Shown: piece by piece, positions 55,736 to 64,000 of the stretch
Position numbering within the stretch: the stretch's first letter is position 1
Layout: each line of letters opens with the position of its first letter
Source of the DNA: an uncultured virus (IMG/VR IMGVR_UViG_3300036846_001441)
Taxonomy: Duplodnaviria > Heunggongvirae > Uroviricota > Caudoviricetes
Virus record (IMG/VR): IMGVR_UViG_3300036846_001441
Reading direction: 5' to 3' (one strand)
DNA length: 64,000 nt
Position numbers and translations under genes: made by a program
Notes under the pieces: model-generated
What the model saw: the letters and a program-made list of their open reading frames with translations, nothing else
The model's database searches: none
Told to the model about the DNA's origin: nothing

Positions 55736-57322
55736 TTATGGAGCCCCAGAGGAGGCCTGGAAGGGAGGAGGAGCCGGACCAATGATCGACGTGTCCACGC
55801 CCCTGTCGTACTGGAGGCGGAACTGGTTCAGCACCGCGAAGACGCGCAGCTGGTTGATCAGGTCTGGCGGGTAGAGGACGTTGACGCGATTAGGATCGTT
55901 CGAGTCGCGCTCCACAATCAGGTTCTGCTTGAACGCAGTCAGGTTCTCAACGAGACCGTTCCACATGTCGAACTGATACTGGTTGACGAGCTCCGCCTTG
56001 ATGATGCCAGGAGTGACAATGGCCTGACCCGGACCGAACCTGGTTCCGTCGTCGGCCAGCTTAGAGCGTGGAAACTTGCTCGTTATGGCCTGCTTCTGAT
56101 TCCTCATGAGCTTGGCCAACGTGGCCAGCGACGTCACGAGCTCATAGGCATCATCGCTCGCCCCGTACAGGTTGAGCTGATACGTAGTCTGCTCCCGCAG
56201 GACCATCGGCTGACCATCGCTCCCCATCTCCTGAATGGCCAGGCCGTTGGAGGCGAGACTGTTCAGCTCAGCAAAGTCGAACTGATCCTGCAAGAGACAA
56301 TGCTTAATATTGTTGAGGCTCAACGACTGAAGCGGCCTCGCCGGATCATTGATCAAGGCTCGCTGTGCCTTCCCTGTGTAGGCAGCAGCCACCTCAAACA
56401 TCGGAGAGGCGGTGGATATCTCAAACGCCATGACGGACTCGACGCCGCTGTTGAGCGCGTCGCCGAATGTCAGCAGCGTATTGTAGGCCCCACGTATCGC
56501 GCTGAAGACGTGACCAAACTGCTGACGCTGCCAGCCCCATCGCCCCGTGTCGGTGAAGCCATACTCCTGATCCCAGGCGGCCAGAGAGGAGCTATCCGTC
56601 CACGGCATCGCGACATACTCGAAGTCCATCTTCTGGATGTTCGCAATCGCCGTGGTCATGACCGGCACGCCGACTCCGCCAGTGAGCAACCCAGTGGGTG
56701 GAAGGGCAATGACCAATCCCACCGGCGTGTACTCAGAGCCGAGCGAGCCATAGTAGTTCAGCATGACGGTGATCTCATTCCCACTGACACCCTTAAAGTG
56801 AGAGGTCAGGGTCACCGTGCCAGTGGCCGCCACGGCGGTCACGGGAAGGGCCACATTGCCTATCGTGTCGGCGTACGTGTTGATGGCGCTCGCTATCGCC
56901 GAGGCTATCGTGGTGGCCGTGTCAGTCGAGGCCACGTTGACAGGAACATGACTGCCAGCAATGTAGAGGTGGATCGTTCCGGCGGCCGTCGGAGGGGTCG
57001 TGATGGTAATCGTCCCAGTGGCAGCAGTGCCAGCCGTCGGCTCTGCCAAGGGGAGGGCCCACACCTCATTGGCAAAGTTGTTGGAAAAGTACGCCTGAAA
57101 CATTCGAGACAGCATACTGCCGGCACCGAAGTGCTTGTCGGCCTGAGCCTGGCTCCCGATCGGCATCGCCACATCGTGCACGGCGTCGCCGGTCGAGAGC
57201 ATGGTCCCGACCAACAGGGCCTTGAGATTCACGGTGGAAAGGCCAGCCATGCTTGGGTCGACTTCGACCCAATAGAGGGGCACCTTTATGTTACTGGGAA
57301 TATTAGCAAAACTGATGGGCAT
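55736..57322 (-). CDS. tail sheath protein (Mu gpL-like)
   Basis: ISF..IP.N..VPL..VE.D, FG.GSML.RM, DPARPLQ.L.L, KLADDG, VER...DPNRVNVL.PPDLINQLRVFA. Confidence 0.95.
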   Translation of the reverse strand: MPISFANIPSNIKVPLYWVEVDPSMAGLSTVNLKALLVGTMLSTGDAVHDVAMPIGSQAQADKHFGAGSMLSRMFQAYFSNNFANEVWALPLAEPTAGTAATGTITITTPPTAAGTIHLYIAGSHVPVNVASTDTATTIASAIASAINTYADTIGNVALPVTAVAATGTVTLTSHFKGVSGNEITVMLNYYGSLGSEYTPVGLVIALPPTGLLTGGVGVPVMTTAIANIQKMDFEYVAMPWTDSSSLAAWDQEYGFTDTGRWGWQRQQFGHVFSAIRGAYNTLLTFGDALNSGVESVMAFEISTASPMFEVAAAYTGKAQRALINDPARPLQSLSLNNIKHCLLQDQFDFAELNSLASNGLAIQEMGSDGQPMVLREQTTYQLNLYGASDDAYELVTSLATLAKLMRNQKQAITSKFPRSKLADDGTRFGPGQAIVTPGIIKAELVNQYQFDMWNGLVENLTAFKQNLIVERDSNDPNRVNVLYPPDLINQLRVFAVLNQFRLQYDRGVDTSIIGPAPPPFQASSGAP

Positions 57323-57412
57323 CGGATGCTACCTCCTTAAAAGGTCCATGTCCATTGGACTTTTCGCGCTTTCCATGGTAGTTTAACTTTCCCTACTGTA
57401 TGGAGGTCTACC

Positions 57413-57961
57413 ATGAAGCACCCTTGCTGGTTCGTCTACTGGCTCTACAGCGACCATGGGACGAACCCACGACTACACGGCTACGTCGGCGTCACTTGCT
57501 CTCTATTCCGCCGCATCTGGCACCACCACAATCGAGGTCTACCGGCCTTCAAAGTCAAGATCCTCCTTCGAGGAACACAAGACCAGTGCCTCGAGCTCGA
57601 AAAGCGTCTACGACCTACGCAAGACATCGGCTGGAACACGCGCGCCGGAGGTCCAACATACCAGGGCAATGGCAAGAGCCAGATCATCGACATCAGCGAC
57701 ACTAGAGAGCGCGGCGCCAACAAACCAAAATCCGCAGAGACCAGAGCCAAGATGAGAGCATCAGCACTCGCTCGCTACGCCGATCCAGCTGAGCGATCCA
57801 AGACACAGAAAGCTGTGAAGAAAGCATTCGAGAACATCGACCGCTCTGGTAAAAATAACTCTCGTTTCGGCAAGCACTGCTCAGAAGAAACCAAGCAACG
57901 CATGCGCGACACGATTGCCAAGCGTCGGCTCATCACTCCTGCTTCTGCTCGCTCAACCTGA
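57413..57961 (+). CDS. free-standing GIY-YIG homing endonuclease with NUMOD3 motifs
   Basis: VYWL...YVGVT....RR...H, E, GWN...GG; KS.ETRAKM and FGKHCSEETKQRM; antisense to the late operon with its own RBS. Confidence 0.85.
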   Translation: MKHPCWFVYWLYSDHGTNPRLHGYVGVTCSLFRRIWHHHNRGLPAFKVKILLRGTQDQCLELEKRLRPTQDIGWNTRAGGPTYQGNGKSQIIDISDTRERGANKPKSAETRAKMRASALARYADPAERSKTQKAVKKAFENIDRSGKNNSRFGKHCSEETKQRMRDTIAKRRLITPASARST

Positions 57962-58196
57962 TCGAGCCCTCCCTCAGCCTCCTGAAGGTGAAGGTGTCAT
58001 CGGGCCACTCGATGTCGCCCTCGGCGCGAAAGCCCCCGGCTCGAGGATGCTTGAGGAGCCGCCTCATGTCATCGTCGACTGGCTCCACGCGAACCCCCTT
58101 GATCTGGCCCTGTCCGGTTGCCCCAGTCACCATCCTATCGGCGCGGGCCTGCCTTCTCTGACCAGGCAGCATCACTTCCGTTCTAACATTGACCAT
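57933..58196 (-). CDS. Mu gp38/DUF2635-like small tail protein
   Basis: HP......EG..EWP.D.FT.RRL.EGS; immediately upstream of the sheath. Confidence 0.7.
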   Translation of the reverse strand: MVNVRTEVMLPGQRRQARADRMVTGATGQGQIKGVRVEPVDDDMRRLLKHPRAGGFRAEGDIEWPDDTFTFRRLREGSIRLSEQKQE

Positions 58197-58200
58197 GACC

Positions 58201-59898
58201 CTAACTCCTTCTTGCCTCTCGCAGCACGTCGAACATGTACTTGATGGAGACCTGTTGACGCTGATCCATCTCAGCCTGAGTGTCCCCGGCCTTGATGCCG
58301 GTCGTTACATCAATCTCATCCAGGGTATCGGTGATATCTGGGTACCACTCGCTGCGATAGAAGCAGCTCACCTCGTATTGAAGCTCTCCGAACGGCGTCT
58401 CATTGTTCAATCCAGCACTTCCGAACGTGTGGCGCCTCATCCCCCTAGGCAGGCTCTCAATGCCAACGCCATATGGATTGTCATTGACCAGCACATTCAT
58501 CAGCTTTGGATCGGTCCACAGTAGACTCATGATCCTCTGATAGGTCGCATCAAGCTCGAGCTCCAACTCATCAAAGTCATTATTCTCCAAGATGGCAGAG
58601 AGACCAATGCGAGACGAGTGACTGAACCTGATGCACCCGGCATTGGCGTCTCCATCCGGAGTCATCTGCTCTTCGACGATGTAGACGCCAAGATATGGCA
58701 AGAGGTCTGGCTGAACCGGATTCATCTTCATCTTGCGAAGTGTAAAATCAGAAAAATATGGATCGGCCACGATCACGTTGAATATTGCGTCGCGAGCATT
58801 CAGGGTGTAGCTGCTCTGAGAGACTGAGATGACTGTGCCACTGACCACATCATCTGCAGAGGCTGCCTCCACCGACGAGACCGGATAAGACTCTGCCCAT
58901 AGAGAGGAGTCAACCGCAGAGGCTGCCTCTATTGTGGTGGCGGCATAAAGCACCACACCAGTGATTGCGCCGGCACCAATTCCAGATTCAATCAGTGCAG
59001 AAGAAGATTTCGAAGAGACACCAAGTGCGTCTGACGCGACCGCATTCTCGACGACATCAGAGACGCCGGCATTAATTATCGATCCAGTTACCGCATCCGC
59101 ACTAAATCCCGACTCCGTCATCACTCCAGTGGCATGTAAGGCAACGCTGGACGCATCTGACACCGACGCGCTTTCGCTGATACCTGGTGCCCAGACATTG
59201 TTGACCGAACCCAACGCATCGGTTGCGGCGCCAGCTTCGTTAACCGCATCGTTGTATGTGTTCCCTACTCCAGTGCCAAAGTCAGATGTCGTGATTACCG
59301 CAGCAGGTTCAATATAAAACTCAATGTCAGCACTAGTGGAGGTGGATGTGGTGTTAATCGACCATTCGCATTGGACGTAAAGATATTCATTGTTGAACGC
59401 GATTGGCGAACTTGGTGTGAAGGTAACGTCTGATTCACCAGAAGCTGTGATTGATACTGCGCCGCTGTCTGTTCCGGTTAGGACAGAGGTCGTAAGCTCG
59501 GTAAATGTACCGGCGGCAGCGTTGTTCGAAGTTGACTTCCAAATCCGGCAGCAGACGCTCCCGGTTTGACCTCCCGACGCCAGGGCAGCACGAAGACGGA
59601 ATGCAAGTGTCCATGGAGTCGCCGCAAACGTACCGGTGTAAGGATTTTCCGAACGCCACGAAGAAGAGGTGGTCAGATTAGGAGGCGTTAATGAATCAGC
59701 CGCAGTAAAACTAGCATTACCACGCCTCGAATTGATCTGCATCAGTGACGAATTAGGAGATGAAGATTTAGAAACAACCCATCCCGTTGATGTTATACCA
59801 GCAGATGGTGCACCTCCACCATCTTGCAGAGATAAGGAAGAGTTAACTAAGACATTCTTGAGATAGAAAGTTATTGCAGCCATTGACGGCTTCTTCAC
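58201..59898 (-). CDS. structural protein: Ser/Thr-rich N-terminal domain and repeats, fused to a putative tail terminator domain
   Basis: E.A.A.D repeats in the middle; C-terminal ~200 aa (RDAIF, LPYLGVYI..E...PDGD.N.G..RF) in the terminator gene position. Confidence 0.65.
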   Translation of the reverse strand: MKKPSMAAITFYLKNVLVNSSLSLQDGGGAPSAGITSTGWVVSKSSSPNSSLMQINSRRGNASFTAADSLTPPNLTTSSSWRSENPYTGTFAATPWTLAFRLRAALASGGQTGSVCCRIWKSTSNNAAAGTFTELTTSVLTGTDSGAVSITASGESDVTFTPSSPIAFNNEYLYVQCEWSINTTSTSTSADIEFYIEPAAVITTSDFGTGVGNTYNDAVNEAGAATDALGSVNNVWAPGISESASVSDASSVALHATGVMTESGFSADAVTGSIINAGVSDVVENAVASDALGVSSKSSSALIESGIGAGAITGVVLYAATTIEAASAVDSSLWAESYPVSSVEAASADDVVSGTVISVSQSSYTLNARDAIFNVIVADPYFSDFTLRKMKMNPVQPDLLPYLGVYIVEEQMTPDGDANAGCIRFSHSSRIGLSAILENNDFDELELELDATYQRIMSLLWTDPKLMNVLVNDNPYGVGIESLPRGMRRHTFGSAGLNNETPFGELQYEVSCFYRSEWYPDITDTLDEIDVTTGIKAGDTQAEMDQRQQVSIKYMFDVLREARRS

Positions 59899-60482
59899 AT
59901 TGAAGCAGTGTAAGACACGTTCAGCGTGTCACCATTACCAACAACCTTGTCGCCCTGAGCAAAGGTTCCAGCACTGTAAAGCACGCCCGCCGTACTGTCG
60001 ATGGTCGACACAGCACCAGAGCCAAAGACGATGAACGCCCCCTTGAACGTACCGGCCCCAGTTACGGCAAATGAGAGGGCCGCAGAGAGAGCCTTTGCCC
60101 CTCCGCTCGAGGCCGCCCATACACAGGTCTTGCGAGGCGCACTATAGGTCGGGACATTGGCCCCACCGGCCTCAGTCCACCCGGCATGCGACGTCATCGT
60201 GTCACCGGCAACTGGCCCAGCTCCATATCCAACCGATGAGATCAATCCCATAAATGGACCAACGACGGTGTAGGCCGCACCCGCCAGATATGTGTCGAGG
60301 GCGAGGTTCTTACCCACCGTGCAGACGACGTTGTCTATCTCGTCGCACCACTTGACACGACCATCTGGACCACAACACTCAAACATGAATTTTCCAACAG
60401 CCTCAGTGCCCTCATCCAGAGAGCCTCCACGAATAACTTCGGCGTCAATTGCGTGTCGTGCCTCAGCCTTTTCGACGGTCAT
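59895..60482 (-). CDS. virion structural protein
   Basis: W.D.IDNVV.TVGKN..LD, F...G.G...G.F, K.V..GDTLNV.Y. Confidence 0.7.
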   Translation of the reverse strand: MTVEKAEARHAIDAEVIRGGSLDEGTEAVGKFMFECCGPDGRVKWCDEIDNVVCTVGKNLALDTYLAGAAYTVVGPFMGLISSVGYGAGPVAGDTMTSHAGWTEAGGANVPTYSAPRKTCVWAASSGGAKALSAALSFAVTGAGTFKGAFIVFGSGAVSTIDSTAGVLYSAGTFAQGDKVVGNGDTLNVSYTASM

Positions 60483-60483
60483 G

Positions 60484-60831
60484 TCACGTGATCCTCTTCA
60501 GCTCCAGCGTAGTCTCTCCGCCACCGTTGTGGAAGACGTTGGTTATTTGAAAGTCGCCAAGGGTTGGCAGGCCAGAGATAGGTTCAGAGGGAATGTTAAT
60601 CTGATCGCCCTGAACGGGAAGCACGGAGAACTCGCTGGCCCTGATGTCCAGGATGGTCTGCTGATCGGTGAGGATGCTGCCATCCTCAAGAATCATGTTG
60701 AGCATCCGACTGTCATAGATGCCCCGTCCAGTTCCACTGAAGGAATTACCGAGCATAGAGGTGAAGGTCACCGGCCTGCCAAACGTGTCCTGACAGGGCC
60801 CATAGACCTCATCCGACATGTTTATTGCCAT
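60484..60831 (-). CDS. head-tail joining protein (gpFII-like)
   Basis: FG.PVTF, GI.D, LDIR.SEF...P.QGD.I, GGGE..L.L. Confidence 0.75.
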   Translation of the reverse strand: MAINMSDEVYGPCQDTFGRPVTFTSMLGNSFSGTGRGIYDSRMLNMILEDGSILTDQQTILDIRASEFSVLPVQGDQINIPSEPISGLPTLGDFQITNVFHNGGGETTLELKRIT

Positions 60832-61178
60832 GACAACCTCTCCACCATCAATTTTGTCATCCGCTCATTCAGCTTATCAACGAGCTGAGGCCTCAAGATC
60901 GGGCGAGCGCTCTTCGGCCGCTTCACGCCTCCTCCCCCAACGACCCTTCTGACTACGCTCCTTTTCTTCTTCTTCTTCGCGGCCAATCGCGTCGTGGGCC
61001 ACACGCTGGTCTGCACCACATTGTCTCTCATCGTAGTGTTTGGATAGCGACGGCGCATGTCCTCAGTCTGCCACGCCGTCATCTCCTCTCTCATGTGAAA
61101 CTCAAACAGGACGAGCTCCTTGCTCATCGCATCGAGCTTTATATCTATGGCAATGGCATCGACGACTATTGCCAGCAT
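60822..61178 (-). CDS. putative tail-completion/neck protein
   Basis: Basic; WQ.EDM.R.YP, RPILRP; position between head-completion genes. Confidence 0.55.
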   Translation of the reverse strand: MLAIVVDAIAIDIKLDAMSKELVLFEFHMREEMTAWQTEDMRRRYPNTTMRDNVVQTSVWPTTRLAAKKKKKRSVVRRVVGGGGVKRPKSARPILRPQLVDKLNERMTKLMVERLSWQ

Positions 61179-61339
61179 CGCAGTACCAGGTATGGAGCAA
61201 CTCTCTTGACCATCCGTGAAGGAACTAGCATGACCACGCGCTTGGAGCGAGCCACCCTGGCGGCGCCATCCAGGGCGTCCCGCTTGATCTTAATGACTCT
61301 TGCCGCTCGCAAGAGGTCCATGGCCAATTTCGTCTTCAC
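61166..61339 (-). CDS. small basic protein
   Basis: GTGA overlap with the capsid-like gene; fills the operon gap. Confidence 0.4.
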   Translation of the reverse strand: MKTKLAMDLLRAARVIKIKRDALDGAARVARSKRVVMLVPSRMVKRVAPYLVLRCWQ

Positions 61340-62406
61340 CAGTTCACCGCGGTCATGAAAGAGACGTGCGGGGCACGCATGCACCAATCAACCCACACGC
61401 TCATCTTCAGCGCTATGGCATCAACCTGGAACATGCTCTTCACGGGAGGCGATGCCAGCGTCCCAGGCGAGGAGCCTCCAACGATGTCCGATGGAGTAGT
61501 GTCCTCCTGATGAATCGTGGCCACCGTCCCAACCTCAAACTCCGGGGCACTGATGGTACAGGCAAAGCTGGGCGGCTCTATGGCTATGACAGTCTTGTCC
61601 GGTATGGCCCCACTGGAAACGACCGGAAGCGCATTGGTCGCAGGATCACCGAACTGACCACCCGCGTAGAAGCGCATGGCCACGGCCTGAGATGGACTTG
61701 ACACGAACATCGCGTGAGCTCCCCCATTGCGGGTAGCCAGATCGGCAACCAGCATGCCGAGATCGCGTCCAACGGCATCAAATCCCGAGGAGGTCGATGG
61801 AGTGAGTGGCGTGAGGCCATTGAGCAACCCGGCAGATTTTTGAGGACTGGCAGCCACCGCAGAGAAGATGGCAGCATCGATTGCCGGCCCGGCAGCCTCT
61901 GCCATGAGGGCTCTCAAGATCATCTCGATGTTGGAGGCCTCGCTCATCTCATTGGTAAACGTGGCAATGACGGTGAGCTTGTGCGGCCTCAGCGTCGGCC
62001 CAAGCAAACTGTACTGACGGGCAGGGACGACCTCCCCCTCCGCCTTCCACTGGCCTGCCCCTGCGAGGGTCGTCGATCTGCCAGGAACGACGACGCTGGC
62101 AAAGCGCCCAAGATCGATGTGAAGAGCCCCCGAGGCCATGAGCCTGCCTATCGCGGACATCGACACGACATCGAATATGGCATCGGACACACTCAAGGCG
62201 GCGAGGGGACCGGCCCACACTGAGTCCGTCGTCTTCGCTGGAAGAGAGGCACCCCGCAGGATGATTGGAGTCACCTGGTCTCCAGGATAGCGGTCATCCA
62301 AGACCTTCTCGATTGCCCTGCGCTCCACGAAGCTTCGCACCTTGGCGGCAGCAGCCCTCCACAGGTACGGCGGCAGTGGCGTCACCGGCTTGCGTTCTTC
62401 CTTCAT
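61336..62406 (-). CDS. major capsid protein-like (HK97 fold)
   Basis: W.AEG..VP, L.P.KL.VI..FTNE....S, D.A.F, GLLNG, SMFQ.D..ALK......W. Confidence 0.75.
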   Translation of the reverse strand: MKEERKPVTPLPPYLWRAAAAKVRSFVERRAIEKVLDDRYPGDQVTPIILRGASLPAKTTDSVWAGPLAALSVSDAIFDVVSMSAIGRLMASGALHIDLGRFASVVVPGRSTTLAGAGQWKAEGEVVPARQYSLLGPTLRPHKLTVIATFTNEMSEASNIEMILRALMAEAAGPAIDAAIFSAVAASPQKSAGLLNGLTPLTPSTSSGFDAVGRDLGMLVADLATRNGGAHAMFVSSPSQAVAMRFYAGGQFGDPATNALPVVSSGAIPDKTVIAIEPPSFACTISAPEFEVGTVATIHQEDTTPSDIVGGSSPGTLASPPVKSMFQVDAIALKMSVWVDWCMRAPHVSFMTAVNW

Positions 62407-62407
62407 C

Positions 62408-63055
62408 TCACACCCAATACCTGATGTACTTGTTCAGGACATTCTTCACATTCTGCCAAGTCTCTGGAGTCCCCATCACGCCCAGGAGGTTGGGCTGATA
62501 GTAGCCAATCCGACTCTCCTTGTGACCAACCTGGCGAATGCCGAACAGGGCTGGATTGCGTATCCAACCGGAATAGCTCTCCTTCACGAGGGCCTTGACG
62601 GCAAACTTGAGTGGGCCAGGAGCATCGGTCGGCAGCACATATCCACCAGTGTACTTGGCGTCGATGACTCCGTACCACGGGCCAGTCGTCGGGTATGAGT
62701 ACAGAGTGCCGGTGTCCTCCTCCAAGACCCACAGCACGTTCGAATTGATCATCAGATCGCTGCCATCCATGGTCAACGACGAAATGTCGGCCAGCTTCAC
62801 CGGCCAGCGCGACAGGTATAGCCTCTGACTCGTGCCGTCCTCCAACTGATAAAACGTCTCGTCGACGGTATCGGCGCCAAACACGCGATTGCACATCGTC
62901 GCAACGGTCTCTGATATGCTAGTGATCAGGTCGGTGAGCAAGACATCCTTGCTGGTGTCCGTCGGGGGAATCAACAGCGACGCCTTCATCTCGGCCAGAG
63001 TAACCAAGTCATAGGATGCCGCCGGAGTGATCACATTCAGTATCTGCTGCATCAC
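62408..63055 (-). CDS. head-tail connector/adaptor (gp6-like)
   Basis: DLVTL.E.K..L.I.....D..L..LI...S......CNR.F, L.L.RWPV, YTGGY.LP. Confidence 0.85.
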   Translation of the reverse strand: MMQQILNVITPAASYDLVTLAEMKASLLIPPTDTSKDVLLTDLITSISETVATMCNRVFGADTVDETFYQLEDGTSQRLYLSRWPVKLADISSLTMDGSDLMINSNVLWVLEEDTGTLYSYPTTGPWYGVIDAKYTGGYVLPTDAPGPLKFAVKALVKESYSGWIRNPALFGIRQVGHKESRIGYYQPNLLGVMGTPETWQNVKNVLNKYIRYWV

Positions 63056-64000
63056 TGACCTCGCAGGTGACGCTCGGCCTCATACTGATCGAGCAATGGC
63101 AGCAGCGAGAACGTCGGTCCAATGGTGCCGTCACTCATCATCGCCTTCACGGTAAAGCCATCGAGCTTGACGCCGACCCAATGAGGTGCCGACTTGCCTT
63201 GATCGCCCCTCGGCCCCTTCTCGCCGGGAAGACCCTTCTCGCCCCTCTTGCCGACTGGGCCAGACTGCCAGCCAGGCCCAGGGATGACGCCGGGATTGTC
63301 AGTCTTGGCAATGAACCATCCGTGGTCAAGGGTCACGACATCCAGGGCCGAGTAAGTCTCATCTGCAACGTGGGTGCCTCGAATCCTAAACGAAGAGCCA
63401 GCCACGCCAGCAGTCGCTATGACCCTCCACTCATCGGTGAGTCCAGGACGCTTGGCGGTATCCCTGGCGGCCTGCCAACAGCTCCCCTCCCAGGTGACGA
63501 GCTCGCCCTCGTAGAAGACGCGATCTGACCATGGGACGACGCGCGATATCACTCCGCGTGGACCTGGCTCACCTCTATCACCCTTCTCGCCCTGAGGACC
63601 TCTCCCACCCTGAGGACCAATCTGACCCATCGCGCCAATGTGACCAGGCTCGCCGCGCTCACCGCGCTCACCCATCGGACCAGGCTCACCCTTGGGGCCT
63701 TGAGCGCCAACGACGAACTGACCCTCTGGCCCAGGCTCTCCTCGCTCGCCCTTCGGACCAATCTCGCCCTGTTCACCCCGTTCACCCTGCGGCCCCTGCG
63801 CTCCAACAATAAATTGACCATCGACTCCGCGCTCGCCCTTTTCACCACGAGGACCGGGTTCGCCATTCTCGCCTGGCTCACCCTCATTGCCACGCTCGCC
63901 TGACTCACCCTTTTCTCCGCGCTCACCCTTCTCTCCGCGTTCTCCCTGAAGGCCACATTGCCCACCCGGGCCGCGCTCACCTGGAGAGCCCCTGTCTCCC
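63052..64000 (-). CDS. collagen-like head-associated protein (5' end outside the window)
   Basis: G-X-Y repeats stay in frame to the window edge; Y.EG.LVTW.GS.WQA..DT...P....W carbohydrate-binding-like repeats. Confidence 0.85.
   Translation of the reverse strand, partial: GDRGSPGERGPGGQCGLQGERGEKGERGEKGESGERGNEGEPGENGEPGPRGEKGERGVDGQFIVGAQGPQGERGEQGEIGPKGERGEPGPEGQFVVGAQGPKGEPGPMGERGERGEPGHIGAMGQIGPQGGRGPQGEKGDRGEPGPRGVISRVVPWSDRVFYEGELVTWEGSCWQAARDTAKRPGLTDEWRVIATAGVAGSSFRIRGTHVADETYSALDVVTLDHGWFIAKTDNPGVIPGPGWQSGPVGKRGEKGLPGEKGPRGDQGKSAPHWVGVKLDGFTVKAMMSDGTIGPTFSLLPLLDQYEAERHLRGQ

Noticed and set aside
1..64000. Prophage/integration module, tRNA or rRNA genes
   Set aside because: No integrase, transposase, att-like junction, host genes or cloverleaf sequences recognised

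Overview
The whole window is part of a tailed dsDNA phage genome (contractile-tail myovirus, high GC). The host is probably an alphaproteobacterium, judging from VPLPA/VPGP-CTERM sorting signals. No integrase, tRNA, rRNA or CRISPR was seen. Left end (minus strand): packaging-type HNH endonuclease, a VPGP-CTERM surface protein, a NusG paralog, a palindromic AT-rich origin candidate and a TOPRIM primase-helicase. 5.7-36.7 kb (plus strand): a replication and nucleotide-metabolism module reminiscent of PB1-like phages (SSB-like protein, FAD oxidoreductase, degenerate ThyX, DUF550, HhH protein, UDG-like protein, adenine MTase, HAD phosphatase, MazG-like protein, DnaQ, DnaE with an HNH intein, nuclease, SNF2 helicase), then many small accessory genes and several structured non-coding elements. 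37-64 kb (minus strand): a late operon with head-completion genes, a capsid-like gene, Mu-like sheath/tube/baseplate, a frameshifted tail chaperone, two paralogous tape-measure-like proteins, fibres, an FkbM methyltransferase and a GT9 glycosyltransferase. Terminase, portal and endolysin are not visible and presumably lie outside the window. Leading candidates for new biology: a DNA base-modification pathway built on a non-canonical ThyX, a small Gly-Gly-terminated protein with a Cys-His partner (possible protein-conjugation pair), duplicated tape measures with different cell-wall hydrolases, phage-encoded exosortase substrates, and covarying structured RNAs. All calls come from motif reading without database searches.
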